Shown piece after piece: positions 13,790 to 27,800 of a stretch of DNA of 64,000 nt. The position numbers were made by a program, and so were the translations under genes. Source of the DNA: Eledone cirrhosa (lineage: Eukaryota); NCBI GenBank assembly GCA_964016885.1, contig OZ024741.1:80662001-80726000 (forward strand), given 5' to 3'. Under the pieces are notes generated by a model. It did not search any database. It was not told where the DNA came from and worked only from the letters and a program-made list of their open reading frames with translations. Numbering within the stretch: position 1 is the first letter of the stretch; each line of letters starts with the position of its first letter.

Positions 13790-15110
13790 ATGCTGGTGCC
13801 ATGATAAAACAACCAGCCCACTCTGTAAAGTGGTAGTGTTGGTGCCATGATAAAACACACCCAGCCCATTCTGTAAAGTGGTAGTGTTGGTGGCATGATA
13901 AAACAAATCGAGCTCACTCTGTAAAGTGGTAGTGTTGGTGCCATGATAAAACACACCCAGCCCATTCTGTAAAGTGGTAGTGTTGGTGGCATGATAAAAC
14001 AAATCGAGCTCACTCTGTAAAGTGGTAGTGTTGGTGCCATGATAAAACACACCCAACTCACTCTGTAAAGTAGTAGTGTTGGTGCCATGATAAAACACAC
14101 CCAGCTCACTCTGTAAAGTGGTAGTGTTGGTGCCATGATAAAACAACCAGCTCACTCTGTAAAGTGGTAGTGTTGGTGCCATGATAAAACAACCAGCTGA
14201 CTCTGTAAAGTGGTAGTGTTGGTGCCATGATGAAATAACAAGCTCACTCTGTAAAGTGGTAGTGTTGGTGCCATGATAAAACAACCAGCTCACCCTGTAA
14301 AGTGGTAGTGTTGGTGCCATGATAAAATAACAAGCTCACTCTGTAAAGTGGTAGTGTTGGTGCCATGATAAAACAACCAGCTCACTCTGTAAAGTGGTAG
14401 TGTTGGTGCCATGATAAAATAACAAGCTCACTCTGTAAAGTGGTAGTATTGGTGCCATGATAAAACAACCAGCTCACTCTGTAAAGTGGTAGTGTTGGTG
14501 CCATGATAAAATAACAAGCTCACTCTGTAAAGTGGTAGTGTTGGTGCCATGATAAAACAACAAGTTCACTCTGTAAAGTGGTAGTGTTGGTGCCATGATA
14601 AAACAACCAGCTCACTCTGTAAAGTGGTAGTGTTGGTGCCATGATAAAACAACCAGCTCACTCTGTAAAGTGGTAGTGTTGGTGCCATGATAAAACAACA
14701 AGCTCACTCTGTAAAGTGGTAGTGTTGGTGCCATGATAAAACAACCAGCTCACTCTGTAAATTGGTAGTGGTGGTGCCATGATAAAACAACTAGCTCACT
14801 CTGTAAAGTGGTAGTGTTGGTGCCATGATAAAACAACCAGCTCACTCTGTAAAGTGGTAGTGTTGGTGCCATGATAAAACAACAAGCTCACTCTGTAAAG
14901 TGGTAGTGTTGGTGCCATGATAAAACAACCAGCTCACTCTGTAAATTGGTAGTGTTGGTGCCATGATAAAACAACCAGCTCACTCTGTAAAGTGGTAGTG
15001 TTGGTGCCATGATAAAACAACCAGCTCACTCTGTAAAGTGGTAGTGTTGGTGCCATGATAAAATAACAAGCTGACTCTGTAAAGTGGTAGTGTTGGTGCC
15101 ATGATAAAAC
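13790..15110. repeat. Minisatellite, 46-47-bp unit, ~28 copies, derived from a dispersed SINE-like repeat core
   Basis: Unit GTGTTGGTGCCATGATAAAACAACCAGCTCACTCTGTAAAGTGGTA. The same motif occurs singly in dispersed repeats (e.g. 45810-45860, 41190-41240). Confidence 0.97.
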
Positions 15111-16490
15111 AGAGGCTTCTCAACTGTGTGTTGTGGCACTTTGGTTTGCATCACTGATAATCTATAGGTGTGCCATGAAATTAATCAAATTTGATCAATT
15201 TCACAAATATTTGGTTGTGAAAGTATATCTGAGAATTGATAACTCTGCAAAGAATCAGGCATGTAGTTGATATTTACTGTATTTCTTCATTTATAATAAA
15301 ATGGAAAGTCTCAGTTATCAATATATTATATATATATATATATATATACAGACATACATTTCTCATATACTTTGGTTGCTTAGCACACAATTTAATATAT
15401 ATGAAAAAATTAAATACCAGCATGAACACTAATAATATGCAAATTAGTATATTCATTTCAGGATACTACTATAGGTGATAGGATATATAAGCCTCTTAGT
15501 TATATATTTCCTTGTGGTTGCTTAGATGATATACATATCTTCTGGTAAGAACCTAACTTGGTTTGAAAATTGATGAAAGATATTTATTTTTCAATTTACA
15601 GGGAAATACGTATATTCAGCATGGTTACATGCCTCTATACTAAATGTGTAAATTTATATAAACATTTATCCAGTCTCATTTACCTCTGTACTGTATATAT
15701 ACAGATGTAAATTTATAATCATTACATCCTTGCATATAAAAACTCCGGAGTATAGCAATATCTATATCAGCTATCAAAATTCTGATCTCACAAATATATT
15801 TCACTCCAACAATCAGTTTCTCATGACGAATGTGAAAGAACCGAATATTAGCATTTTGTATATCATTTGGAATCAATTGCTATCAACATATATTTGCAAT
15901 TTGAAATGAGCAACTTTTAGTTCAGTAAAAATTTCTGAAAATATGTAATTGTGTATTATAGGATCTCCACCTTTTTTTGCCCTTAATTATTTACACACAC
16001 ACACATACACATAATTGTGTATCGGTTTGTGCGTACACAAAATAAAGTAATTATTTATTAATTTTGTTAATTTCATGTTGATGACAAAACTTTTTTAAGG
16101 TGGTGCTATCAATGTGGAAATTTTGCAAAGTGCTGTTCTGGATACTAGTTGTCTAACTGCAGAAATACATATCACTTGGTACCTGTTTTTCTTTTATTAT
16201 ACATTTAATTGTGAGAGAATGGCAAGCCATTCCATGGTCCTAGCAGACAGAATGGAGAAAGTGTATCCCTGATGACAGCAAGGGAAATGTGTTGAAATAA
16301 CCATTTGAACTCACAGACCACGCGAGATGGCTTGGCTTGGAGTTCTGTATGCCAGTAAGCATTCTCCTACACTGTGCTTGTATTATTGGGGTTGCGATGA
16401 TACAGGTTAGTGATTGTTGTCAGTCCCTGTAAATAATATAAAAGCTATTAATTTTTACCCCTCCCCCCCCTGAAAAAAATTATATATATA

Positions 16491-17170
16491 TCTAAACTAT
16501 AATAAAGGAAGGTCTTGCGGGACTGTGTACGGTTTATTTTTTTTTATCCCATTAGTAAAATAAGTTGGATTACTTTGAATAAATAATGAATATTACATAA
16601 TTTATCTAGTAAATTTCGTAAACAAAAATAATTTCGTAAAAATAAATAATTTAAAATTGACTTCTTTTCAAAGTTGCACTTCCGGTATATCATTTACCAC
16701 CACCACCACTACCATATATATAGAAAGAGAGAGTGTGTGATGTCAACACTTCCGGTATATCATTTACCACCACCACCACTTCAACTACCATATATATAGA
16801 AAGAGAGAGTGTGTGATGTCAACACTTCCGGTATATCATTTACCACCACCACCACTACCATATATATAGAAAGAGAGAGTGTGTGATGTCAACACTTCCG
16901 GTGACGATCACTTAAATATACTAATTTTCTGTCACTAATTTTCTCCTAATGCAGTTTATATATAATATCGTCTTTTTTTAATGTGTCATGGATTACGTTA
17001 CTGATTACATAAGACAGTGTAACAACGTCTTCATTCAATTTCTGTTTATATTGTCAATTACGATTTTATTTGATGTATCATATCTACATGTTTATATACT
17101 TGCGTATAATATCAATATACACACTACACATGCTAGCAGAAAACCACCCAAAGGGTGGTTTTTCTGCTAG
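16491..17170 (+). mobile_element. Non-autonomous Helitron-like element with internal tandem repeats
   Basis: Starts with TC after (TA)n and ends with the palindrome CTAGCAGAAAACCACCC-AAA-GGGTGGTTTTTCTGCTAG followed by T. It shows an A|T insertion site and no TSD. Internal ~70-80-bp repeats span 16677-16902. Confidence 0.7.
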
Positions 17171-17321
17171 TATATATAATAATTGGTGTTAGGAAGGGCA
17201 TCCAGCCATAGAAAACCTGCCAGATAGTTCTATATGAGCGAGACACGGTCACCCGACCAACCTTGCGTCTAACCCATGCTAGCATGAAAGATGGACGTTA
17301 AACGATGATGATGATAATGAT

Positions 17322-17560
17322 AATACAAGGACGATTTGTTATGCCTTCATTATGTTTATTGATTGGTGACGCGTATTTCACTATTGATCAGCTCAAGGTT
17401 TGATCTGTATTGATCTGGCCCGACTCTGGAATCCAAAGCTTGTCGGACCTCTGGTGTTATAATGACAGAATGAACAGATCAAACCTTGAGCTAATCAATA
17501 AGAAAACGCGTGTCACCAATCAATAAACGTAATGAAGGCTTAACAAATCGTTCTTATATT
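17322..17560. repeat. Inverted repeat (foldback), ~87-bp arms with a ~65-bp spacer
   Basis: 17322-17408 is roughly 90% complementary to 17474-17560. Confidence 0.9.
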
Positions 17561-17764
17561 GTTATATTTACACTCTGTTTAGCTCTACACCTCACTATAG
17601 ATGTGAATCTAAACATCGAGTGCTCACCTGGGTGAACTTACAGTAACTTCACATTACACTCCCTGGATATATATATATATATATAAGGTGCTTTTAGTGC
17701 GTTTGTAAGTTTTCTTTGGCACTACACTACTGTCTCACTTATAATAGTATTTTCTTCTTCGCCC

Positions 17765-18470
17765 ACTTATTTTTGGGAAGGTCATGAGAGCAGAGTCCTC
17801 AAGCATGCTTTCCTGTGAGTCCTGCTGACAGTAGCAACCATCTCCAATTGATCTGGCTGTATCCCCAAATGAGACCAGCTGAGCTCATGTATGTTATCTC
17901 ACCATTTTGCTTGGGGTCTACCCATGTGTTTCCTGCTGGTTGGTTTTGCCCATAAAATTTGTCCAGCAATTCATTCCTGAGGCATTTGAATCACATGTCC
18001 ATAGTATTGGAGCTCAATTTGGAGAAGTAGCAGTTCTACCTGGAATGACTCTTTGATCTCTATTGAGTAACATTACTTCAAAGACCCTTCGGAGGAACCC
18101 CATTTTGGCCGCTTGTGTTTGCAATCATATTCATTTGGTCATTACCCAATATTCATTACCATAGGTAAGGGTTAGCATGAATACCGAATTGAAGATAGTG
18201 AATTTGACTTTTACACCTATCTCCCTTCATCTGATGACCAAATACTGAAGCTTGCGCATTACTGCACTAGCTTCTGCACTTAATTCAGCCTCCTGCCTTC
18301 CATTGTTTGTGAACATGGCCCCAAGATACTTGAACTTCTCCATCTGCTTCAGTGGGACTCCACTCACATGTAGAATGCACTGCATAGTCTTACTTGAGAG
18401 TATGAGTGTCTCAGTCTTTGCAGCACTGATTTTCATTGCTGCCATGCAACACTCAGTGTTGACCAACATT
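17765..18470 (-). mobile_element. Decayed RTE-clade LINE 3' fragment
   Basis: ORF 18227-18469 has MKISAAKTETL...LKQMEKFKYLGAMFT, an RT domain 6-7/thumb-like signature. The rest is homologous to 292-750. Confidence 0.8.
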
Positions 18471-21400
18471 TTTTATTAAGTATGGTTGAATGAATGAAAA
18501 TATTTCCCTTAGTCTCAAATATTAAACTCTTTTGTTACCATATTTTTAATGAAAGATGCTGACTATGATTTTAAGTGATTTAAAAAAATCAAGAATTTGG
18601 AGGGTTTTAAAAATATAACCAATTGTTTTCATTATTATGTTGGTATTTGGAGCATATCTTAACAAAGGTTCTTATATAAAATTATGTTGGAAGGTTTTTA
18701 GATAAATACATATACTTTAAAATGGATATTCCTGTAATGTTGAACCAGGAGCTTGGTATCAAAATTGTCAAAGACTGTATGAGTTAGTGTGGGCCTGGGA
18801 ACAATTGATAATAGCTGGTGAAAATCAAAATGAATGTATAAATATCATTTTAAGAAAATTATGCATTCAGTGGAAAGTTTTGGCTGGCATATTTTGTTTA
18901 GAATATATATTAGCTGGATGGATATGCCTGGGAAATGTTGGCTTCCAATGACCAGAACATTGTTTCAGAATTCACTGTGCCTTGCCTCATCAAGACTTAA
19001 TAATGTCATCTAAACCTGCTCTGCTTTTGTCTTGGATGTGTCATCTTTGAGAGTCAGATTTTAATATGCTTTCTCTTGGCAGATGTCGCATTGCCGTTTA
19101 TTAAATATAGTGTCATTTTATGGATTTATAACAATGTTATAGTGGTTCTTAATTTTTTTACTCCATGCCCACCCACCTCATCACCATTCAATATAAAAAC
19201 ATATTTGGTGTTTAAAAGATATAATGTAACATTTTAGAAATTTACCCATCCCCTAAAAAGAAAATTAAAATTGGCTCCTGTGGGGCATGTGCCCTATGTT
19301 TAGTATCTCTGCTCTTGAGATTACTGAGTTCTACAGGTCTTGCTTTCCTAATTTAAGCTTTTGTTGAAACATTTTATTTATCTCCAACAGTTATGAAATT
19401 ATTAACCTTTTTGATACTAGAAAAGAAAGAAATCGGACCGAGGAAACAATGTTTCTGTTGGGCTTTCCAATTGCTAATATTATCTATTGGTCGCAAATCC
19501 AGGTAGAAGTAGCAACGTGAAATAAAGTGTCTTGCTCAAGGACATAACGCATTGCCTGGTCCAGGAATCGAACTCACAACCTCACGATTGCTACCCACCT
19601 GAAATCAGTCCTAGTTCTATGATACAGAACTGTCCGTAAAGTGTTCACATTTAAATTAAAACTTTTGATCAAAATTCTATGTAAGAACCATTTCGTTAAA
19701 TACTATTCTAAAAATGACAGTTAATAATTTTACTAAATTTCTTCCAATTCTTGTTTATTTGAAAAATTAATTGAAATGCATAAGCAGTGTATTTTAGTAG
19801 AAATTATAGTCAGTTAAATGGTTAAATTATTGTTTTTCCCAGTGGTTCATCATATTGATGATTATATTATTTTTCTATAGTATTGAGCAAATGATAAGCA
19901 GAGCATCCTTGGATAGGATGTTAACCTATTACAGATTAACATCCTAACTAGGTTAATTAGTTTCTTCATGAGCACAAGAAAATGCCTGCAGCAGAATGTA
20001 GTTTTGTGAAATTATCTTCATACAGTTATAGTATGAACACATATGCCAACTTTTTACTTCAACTGGAATAAACAACAACATCAGAGACAAGTTCTAGAGT
20101 TAGCATTTAGAACATAATTGGCAACAACAAAACCTTCTCTAACAATTCATGAAAATATTTATATTTGTAGAAACATCTCTGTAAAGTGGTTGGTGATTGA
20201 ATAGAGACATTATAAGACTTTTCAATCCTGTTGAGGACATAGTAACATCTCTAGTGTTGGAATGAGATAGTTGGGTTCATGTGTTGGGGAAAGATGAAAG
20301 TGGAACTGAATGTGGAAGGAAGTAGAGGCAGGGGAAATTCTAGACATGGCTAAAGATGATGGAGGGAAAGAAAGGAAAATTAGTGATAAGAGATGCAGAG
20401 GATAGGGAAAAAGGGAGAAGTCTGCAAAACCAACCCTTGCTTTAGCAGGGAAAATAGTTTTAAAATACTAGTTACTGTTTGTCTGGTGTTGGTGCTATGA
20501 TAAAATGCACCCCACCCAATCTGTAAAGTAGTTGACAATCAACATATATTAATTAGGACTCCAGTCTTATTGAGAACATGGCAACCTCTCTAGTACTGAT
20601 GTCAGGTTAAAATGCACCCAGTACACTCTATAAAGGGTTAGTGTTGGGAAGGGCATAGAAACTATGCAATGGAAACTATGCTGAAAATTGGAACATATGA
20701 GTAAGGTATAATTTCCAAAATCTGCCTGGAAATAAGAACTAACACAGGTTGTAATGACTTGTCCAACATGTGTCAGCATGGACAATAGATGTAAAAGGTT
20801 GAGTGTTGTGGTTGTGATGATGATAATATCCATAATACTGTAGAAGATATATAAAAAGCACTCAAGAAAATATATGGCAATTCTGTTTACTTAAATTTCT
20901 TATGATACAGAAGAATTGTATTAATGCAATGTTAAGTTAGTAAATTTAACATTTTATTCATATGGTAATAGCAGGCTGCCGTCTCTTAGTCAATTGTCAT
21001 TTTTAAGCTGAGATTTCAAATCTTTTAGTAGAATGCTTTTATAATATTTCTCATTATTATTTTGCAATAGTAGTAGTAGTAGCATCACAGTGGTGTAGCT
21101 TTCGTAATAGCACAGTGATATAGCTATCCATTGTTGCTACCATTTGGTTGAAATCATCAACACCTCCTACTTGCTTATGTTTTCTCTATATTTTATCAAA
21201 AAGGAAGGAGGGAAAATAAAGAACAATTTTATATATTTAAACTAAATGTTGATGCAGATGCAAATACCATGAATGAGAATTGAATGTGAATAACTGCTGG
21301 AAATTATAGCCACATCTTCTACATTGGCTTGTTGCATTAGCCATTATATTACAGACATCCACCCAAATCTACCAGTCAAATTATTTTTTGTCTAAATCCT

Positions 21401-22668
21401 AAAGCAATCTATTTTAATCTAGTGTAGTTGTGATCTCCATGGAAAGAAGGGAGGGTTAAAATTACATACTCTGTCAAAAGTTTAACAATTTTAGCCTCCA
21501 ACTGGGGAGAAATACTTTCAAGTGATTTGAAAAATGATATACATTTATAAGTGGAGGCCACCGGAAAAGCTACAACAGTTGGAGGAGCCCAAGAAAATAT
21601 CCAAACAAATAAAGGCTTAAAGAGTATCGACATACAATATGGCCTGGATATTGGCACAACACAAGAAAATTCAAAACCCCAACGTTTAGCAAGTTTGGCA
21701 AGTTTTCTATGGCTGGATGCCCTTCCTATCACTAACCAAATTACGCAGTGTACTGGGTCTGTTTTATTGTGTCTTCAATACTAGAAGGGTTATTGTGTCC
21801 TTCATACAACTGAAGAGAGTCTTCTATACCTTCTTTTGGCATGTTTTCTACAGCTGGATGTCGATCCTAACATCATCCACCTTACAAAGTGTACTGGATG
21901 CATTTGTTTATGGAACCAACACTAGTGCAGTTGCCATGTGATGACTGAAGCCCTTCCTAACACTAACCACTTTACAGAGTATACTGGATATGTTATATAC
22001 TGACTATACTCTTCAGTTATGTTTATATGAAAATGTTCAAGTATTATCTGACACTAGCTTCATTATAAGGGGACACGGACAATTAGAAATAAGTGTATTG
22101 GCAAAATTTGGTTGGATAGAAACTATCAACATCCTTTTTAGCCAAGACTCTACTTTATCTGCTGTTTTATTGCTAGGTAATAAAATAGCATTAAATTGGT
22201 AAAAGCAAGAGTTTTTAGTACTTCAAAGTAAGGTGAAATTAGATTAGTTAAAATTGATATCTCTCTCTCTCTGTCTCTCTGATAACCCATTCAGTGTTGC
22301 TGATAAATTTAACAACTTTCCATTGGTGAATTATAAAAAAAAAAAAAGAAAGTGAAAAAGATTTTCAGTTTTGAAAATTAAAAAAAAAAACACTTTCAAT
22401 ATTTCATTAGTTTGATGTTATGGTAATAAGTAGCTTGTTTTTATCAACTATCAAAGTAATTCTAGTAATTGTATCATCATAAGATTTAAAATCAAGATAA
22501 TTTTCATCTATATCGTTTCAAAACTGTTACCATATTTTTAATGAAAGACACTGTCTATGATTTTCAAATATTTTGGGAGTGATTTAATAATATAGTTAAC
22601 TCTCTCATAATTAAGCTCAATTCTTGATTATTTTGAAGTTCAAATTTCACAGATTATAATTACTCCAC

Positions 22669-22922
22669 TTAACCCTTTTACTGTCTTATTTCTAATGAAA
22701 GACTTCCTGTAATTTTGAAAATAATTAAGTATTTGGAGGGATTTAATAATATGACTAAGTTTCTTGTTTTTAAGCTGGTTTTTGAATTATAACTTAACAG
22801 AGAAGGTTCTTATATGAAATTTTGATGAAAAATGTTTAGATAATTATAAACACTTTAAAACCAGCAAGTTTGTATCATAGAACCAGAGATGGTTTTAGGC
22901 AATTTGGTATCAAAAGGGTTAA
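22669..22922. mobile_element. piggyBac-like MITE (~250 bp), representative of a family with many decayed copies in the window
   Basis: Termini TTAA-CCCTTTT ... AAAAGGG-TTAA. Related copies lie near 12140-12347, 18522-18770, 33601-33826, 41513-41756, 55010-55201 and 57798-58025. Confidence 0.7.
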
Positions 22923-24869
22923 ATTCTTGACAAAATTGTGAAATCTCTTTTTCAAAAATCATTTGATTGAACATTTCAAAGATTTTAACCACTCTATCTT
23001 ATATTGATTTTCTTACTTAAGAGACAAGGTTAATTTTCAAATTCTGAACTCTGGACAAAGATGAAACAAAACCCTGAAAGACATTTATTTTGACATTCTA
23101 CCAGTCCTGCCATCTTACTGTCATTTATCACAGCTAATATTAAAGCTAATCTCTCTCCTGAAACTCAATATAAATATTTTCAAATTTCTTGTATTTCAAT
23201 CACAAACAACCTAATTAATTACACTGTCTTCACTCAATAAACCTCAACCTAATAAATCTCTTCTAGGCAATAACCTTATCTAAAATAATTGTGTAATAAA
23301 ATTGGTAGCAGTTGCCAGACATCATTATCATCATTCTGTGTTGGCATTGGTTGGATGTGTTGTCACAGTCTGAGACTGGACACGTCAGGGCACAACATGT
23401 TACTTGTATATATAATCCATCATTGCCAGGGTTTCTGCAGCTCGATGCCCTTTCTAACACCAATCACTTTACAGAGTGTAATTGGTGCATTTTATTGTGG
23501 TACCAGTATTAGAGAGACTGTTTGTCCCTAGCTCCACTTTGTCTCAGTTCAATTGTCATCCTCTTTACAGAGTGTACTGAGTTCATTTAGTTGTGGAAGT
23601 AGTGCTAGTGAGTATGCCTTGAATTTTGCAAGGCTAAAAAGTACTCACTACCATGTCTCCATTGATTCAAAGCCATATGTTGAAAAAGGTAAATAGAATG
23701 AAAGAAGAAGGATTAGGATGGGTGTATGAGTATGATGGGAGGTGACAGAGAAAGAAGTAATGGGAGAAAGGCAGTGCTCAAGGGAGAAATATAAAGGTGA
23801 TGTTGGATTCAAATGATGTCTCTAATTTGAGAATATGTTTTTCTCTCTTTGTTACCAGTCTCAGAGACCTTAGGAATGGCTGTAAGCACTACCTAATGCT
23901 TCAGCATAGACTGATATGAATAAATAAAATTGTTGATACTGCAAGAGTGTCAGAGTCTGACAGATAGCAGGACTTATCTAGATAGAAAATGCAATTTACC
24001 TTATTTATTGTTTCAACTCTTCAGTTTCTCTTAGGTAACAAAACATTTCACACATTCCATCTTCATACCATTTCCAAGTTCCAGTTTTACATCTATAGCT
24101 CCCTCCATATACACTTCACACATAAATCTAGTTGTCTCATTATTTAATCATCCCTTCACACTACTACATTTTCAGTATACCCACCCAGCAAATATCTTAC
24201 ACTTAATGGAGTTCACTCCAACAAAAAGATATAGATGGGGATGATGGAAGAGAACATGAAAGTCAGGGGACTGGTGAGGGGATATTTTGGCAATATGGCA
24301 AAATGGAGAAGCTTGCCATAAGGCCCAGCAAGGCTAATCCTTGCTTTAGCAGGGGAAATAACTATAAAACATTTGTTGTTACTGTTGTTCCAACTCATGC
24401 AAGTATGGAAAAACAACCATGAAATTAATAAATGAAAAAAATATTTCTTAGCCATAATTCTAATGAATGACACTTAACTTTGATAGGTTTTGGCCAGTTT
24501 GGCCCAGGTCATGTCTAACTTAATAGCACCACCTGCCTCTGATTTTCAAATAATTTTGAAAATAATTAAGAATTTGAAATGATTTAATAATACAACTAAC
24601 CTTCTCATTATTAAGTTAGTGTTTGGAATATAAACTAAACATAAACTAACAGATTCTGACATAAAATTATGATGGGAGGTTTTTAGATAAATATAAGTAT
24701 TTTAAAATAAACAGCTTTGTATTATAGAACCAGGGGCAATTTCAGGTAGTTTGGTATCAAAAGGTTTAATAACAAAACAAGTTTATCTCACATCTATTTT
24801 TTAGTGTGTTTAGATTTGAAATTCTTTATCATAAGAGGAAAAAAAATATCTATATCTATCTATCTATCT

Positions 24870-27800
24870 CAGGCTGGTGGCCGCATATGCCCCATCCGGG
24901 ACACCGCGGCCAGACTTCTTCAAACGTCTAGAGACTTTTCTGGGAACGTCCCGCTCCTTGCTTTTAGTGGGGGACTGGAATGGAATCCTAGATGCACGTT
25001 GGGACTATGTGGGAGCATGTCCCGATAAAGGGGGGTGTAACAGCCTCAAACAGTTAATCGACCGATTTGACCTGGCCGATAGATATCGACTAGATTTTCC
25101 GACTGCGCCACTGTGGACGTGGAGTAATCGTAGCGGAACATCTAGATCGTACCTAGATAGGGTTCCAGTTAGAAATAAGGATAGGGACATGTTAAGCTGT
25201 CCACAAATGTTCATGGTTGCCTATTCAGATCACAAACTAGTGACCTGCATGGCCAACCTTGATAGAACCCATAGACAAGGACCCGGCTACTGGAAGCTGA
25301 ACTTGTCGTTACCGACAAGCAAAGCCTACAGTAGACGGATTAGCACTTTAGTTAAACAGCACTTGACAGGGGCCATTGTCAACAACAGATGGTGGTACTC
25401 TCTCAAGAGGGCAGTTAGATTAGACTCGATAGTTTTTAGTAAAGAATTAGCGTTAGATAGAAATAGAACCGAGAAGGAACTGGTAGATAAAGTAGAAGAG
25501 GCTATTAGAAGTGGCAACGTAGCCAGCGTGCTAGCAACGAGAACGGCCTTGGACCAGTTCTTCGACGCAAAGCACGAGGGCTGCGTTGTCAGAAGCAAAA
25601 TACGTGCTCTGGGAAACGAGGGAGCCAAAGCTGTTAGCTGGGCCCGAGTGACGGAGGCAAAAAGTGGCAACAAGTCCACGATTCGGTCTTTGAAGGACCA
25701 AAACGGACGCGTGATACGTGAGCCGAAGCAGATGTGTGCGGCTTTTCAGCGGCACTTTGCTCGGCTGTTCGGGGGGAGCGGCGCGCCGGGAGAGGCTATG
25801 GATTTCGGTCCATACCTCGACGGCCTACCGCGACTCTCGGACAGCGAGGCGAAGTTCTGCGAAAAGCCGATTTCAGCCACTGAGATAGGGGACGCGCTGA
25901 GCCAATGCGGCAAACGCAAATCTCCAGGTCTCGACGGTCTACCCTACGAATTTTACGTAGCAATGCCGGACTTATTCTCCGGTCTCCTGGAAGCGGTCTA
26001 CTGCAACTGGCAACAGAACGGGAGAATTCCCAATTCTGTAACCGGGGGCGTGGTCACACTAATCAGGAAGGACGAGAATAAGGGGGATGACATAGGCAAC
26101 TTCCGGCCCATAACTCTGCTAAACACAGAGTTACAGATTTTGGCCAAGGTGTTGGCAAAGAGGCTGGCGCTTGTCGTCGAGAACCTGGTGGGAGAAGCGC
26201 AGACATGCGCGATCCCGACCAGGTCCATACACGACAACCTCCACCTCATGCGATACATCATAGAGAGGGTAGGGTGTAAACCCGGCTTCGGTGGGGCCCT
26301 GATCAACTTGGATCAGTCTAAGGCTTTCGATAGGGTTGACCATCGTTACCTGGATGCGGTGCTCGAGGCGGCAGGCTTCGGACCCGTGTTCAGGGGCTGG
26401 ATTGCTGCAATGCACAACAGCAACATCTGCTCAAGGGTCAAGGTGAACGGTTACCTCTCGGAGCCGTTCCATATTACGCGATCCATTCGACAGGGATGCC
26501 CTCTCTCCTCCCTTCTGTACGTACTGACTCTCGAACCACTACTGCGGAAGCTGGAGCTATTGCAGGGCATCCCTCTGGAACCGGGACTGCGGAAAGCGGC
26601 GTCGGCCTACGCCGACGACGTGACAGTAATGGTGTCGAGCGCCTCGCAAATCGAGAAAGTCGGCACCTTACTAAAGGAATACGAAAGTCTCACAGGAGCG
26701 AAGCTGAACCGGGACAAGTCCATCGGTTTGCAACTCGGATCGTGGAGAGGCAGACCGATGCCTTCCGATGACGTCGTCGGACGCTGGACGGAAGGACCGG
26801 TAAAGCTGCTCGGGGTCTGGTTTGGTCCGGACCTCCAGGTGGAGAAGAACTGGAACGAAGTGACGGCCAAGGTGTTTGCACTCACCCAGAAGTGGGCCGA
26901 GTGCAAACTATCCTTGAAAGGTCGAGCGGAGGTGGCGAACACTTTTATAGCGTCCGCCATCTACTACCGCTTGACCGTCGTGCCTTGTCCAGCCAAAACG
27001 CTCGCCAAAATGGAGCGCGCCCTCTTCCGATTCCTTTGGAAGAGGCGGGCTCCTTTGGTAAGAAGATCCATCTGCTGCCAACACCCTTCTAACGGAGGGC
27101 TGGGGATGCCGTGGTTGACGATGCGCAAACACGCGCTCAGGCTGCGGCATCTCTACGTATTCCTCACCGGACAACCGGTGTGGGCCCCGTTTGTGAGGCG
27201 AGCCTTCCCACGACTCGTCTCACTGACCGAGCTACAGTCCTGGGTCAAGCAGAGACCGAGGAAAATGGGCGACTGGCACATCGAATGTGCTCAGGCGCTC
27301 ACAGCCCTCTGGCAGGCGGACCCGGCGATCAGTGGAGACTCCACTTCGTCATTCTATAGAGGGTTGGTCCGCAGCAAGTGCGACGACGCGCTCGGTGAAA
27401 CTCTAGGCGTGGAGGAAGATGAACTGGCCAGTCTGTTCGGTAGGACCTTCCGCCCGGGACCGATGGACAACTTCCAAAAGTCCCTGGCCTGGCAGTGCTA
27501 CCGAGGAGCTCTACCAGTTCGAGACAAGCTCTACAGACATGGGCGCCCGGGCAGGGACCCTGCAAAAAAGATCTGTCCGAGGTGCGTGCGAGACGAAGAA
27601 ACCGTCGCGCACGCATTCATACACTGCCCGGGCGTCACTGACCTGTGGGGATATGTAGAACGACTATTGTCGCGGGTGGGACCAATCCAGTTGACCACCG
27701 AGTCCATTGTCATGATCAAACCGCCACCCTCCTTCAAAAACGAAGGAGAGGCGGTTTTCCTTTGTGTGATAGCTATGGCGAAAGAGGTTGTATGGTGGAC

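Noticed and set aside
13790-15110. CRISPR-like regular array and the 202-aa/121-aa ORFs over it
   Set aside because: The variable parts are only a few nt and recur, so there are no unique spacers. There are no cas genes and the context is eukaryotic. The ORFs are by-products of the repeat.
16262-16312. CTGATGA...GAAA spacing resembling a hammerhead
   Set aside because: There is no convincing stem I or stem III pairing.
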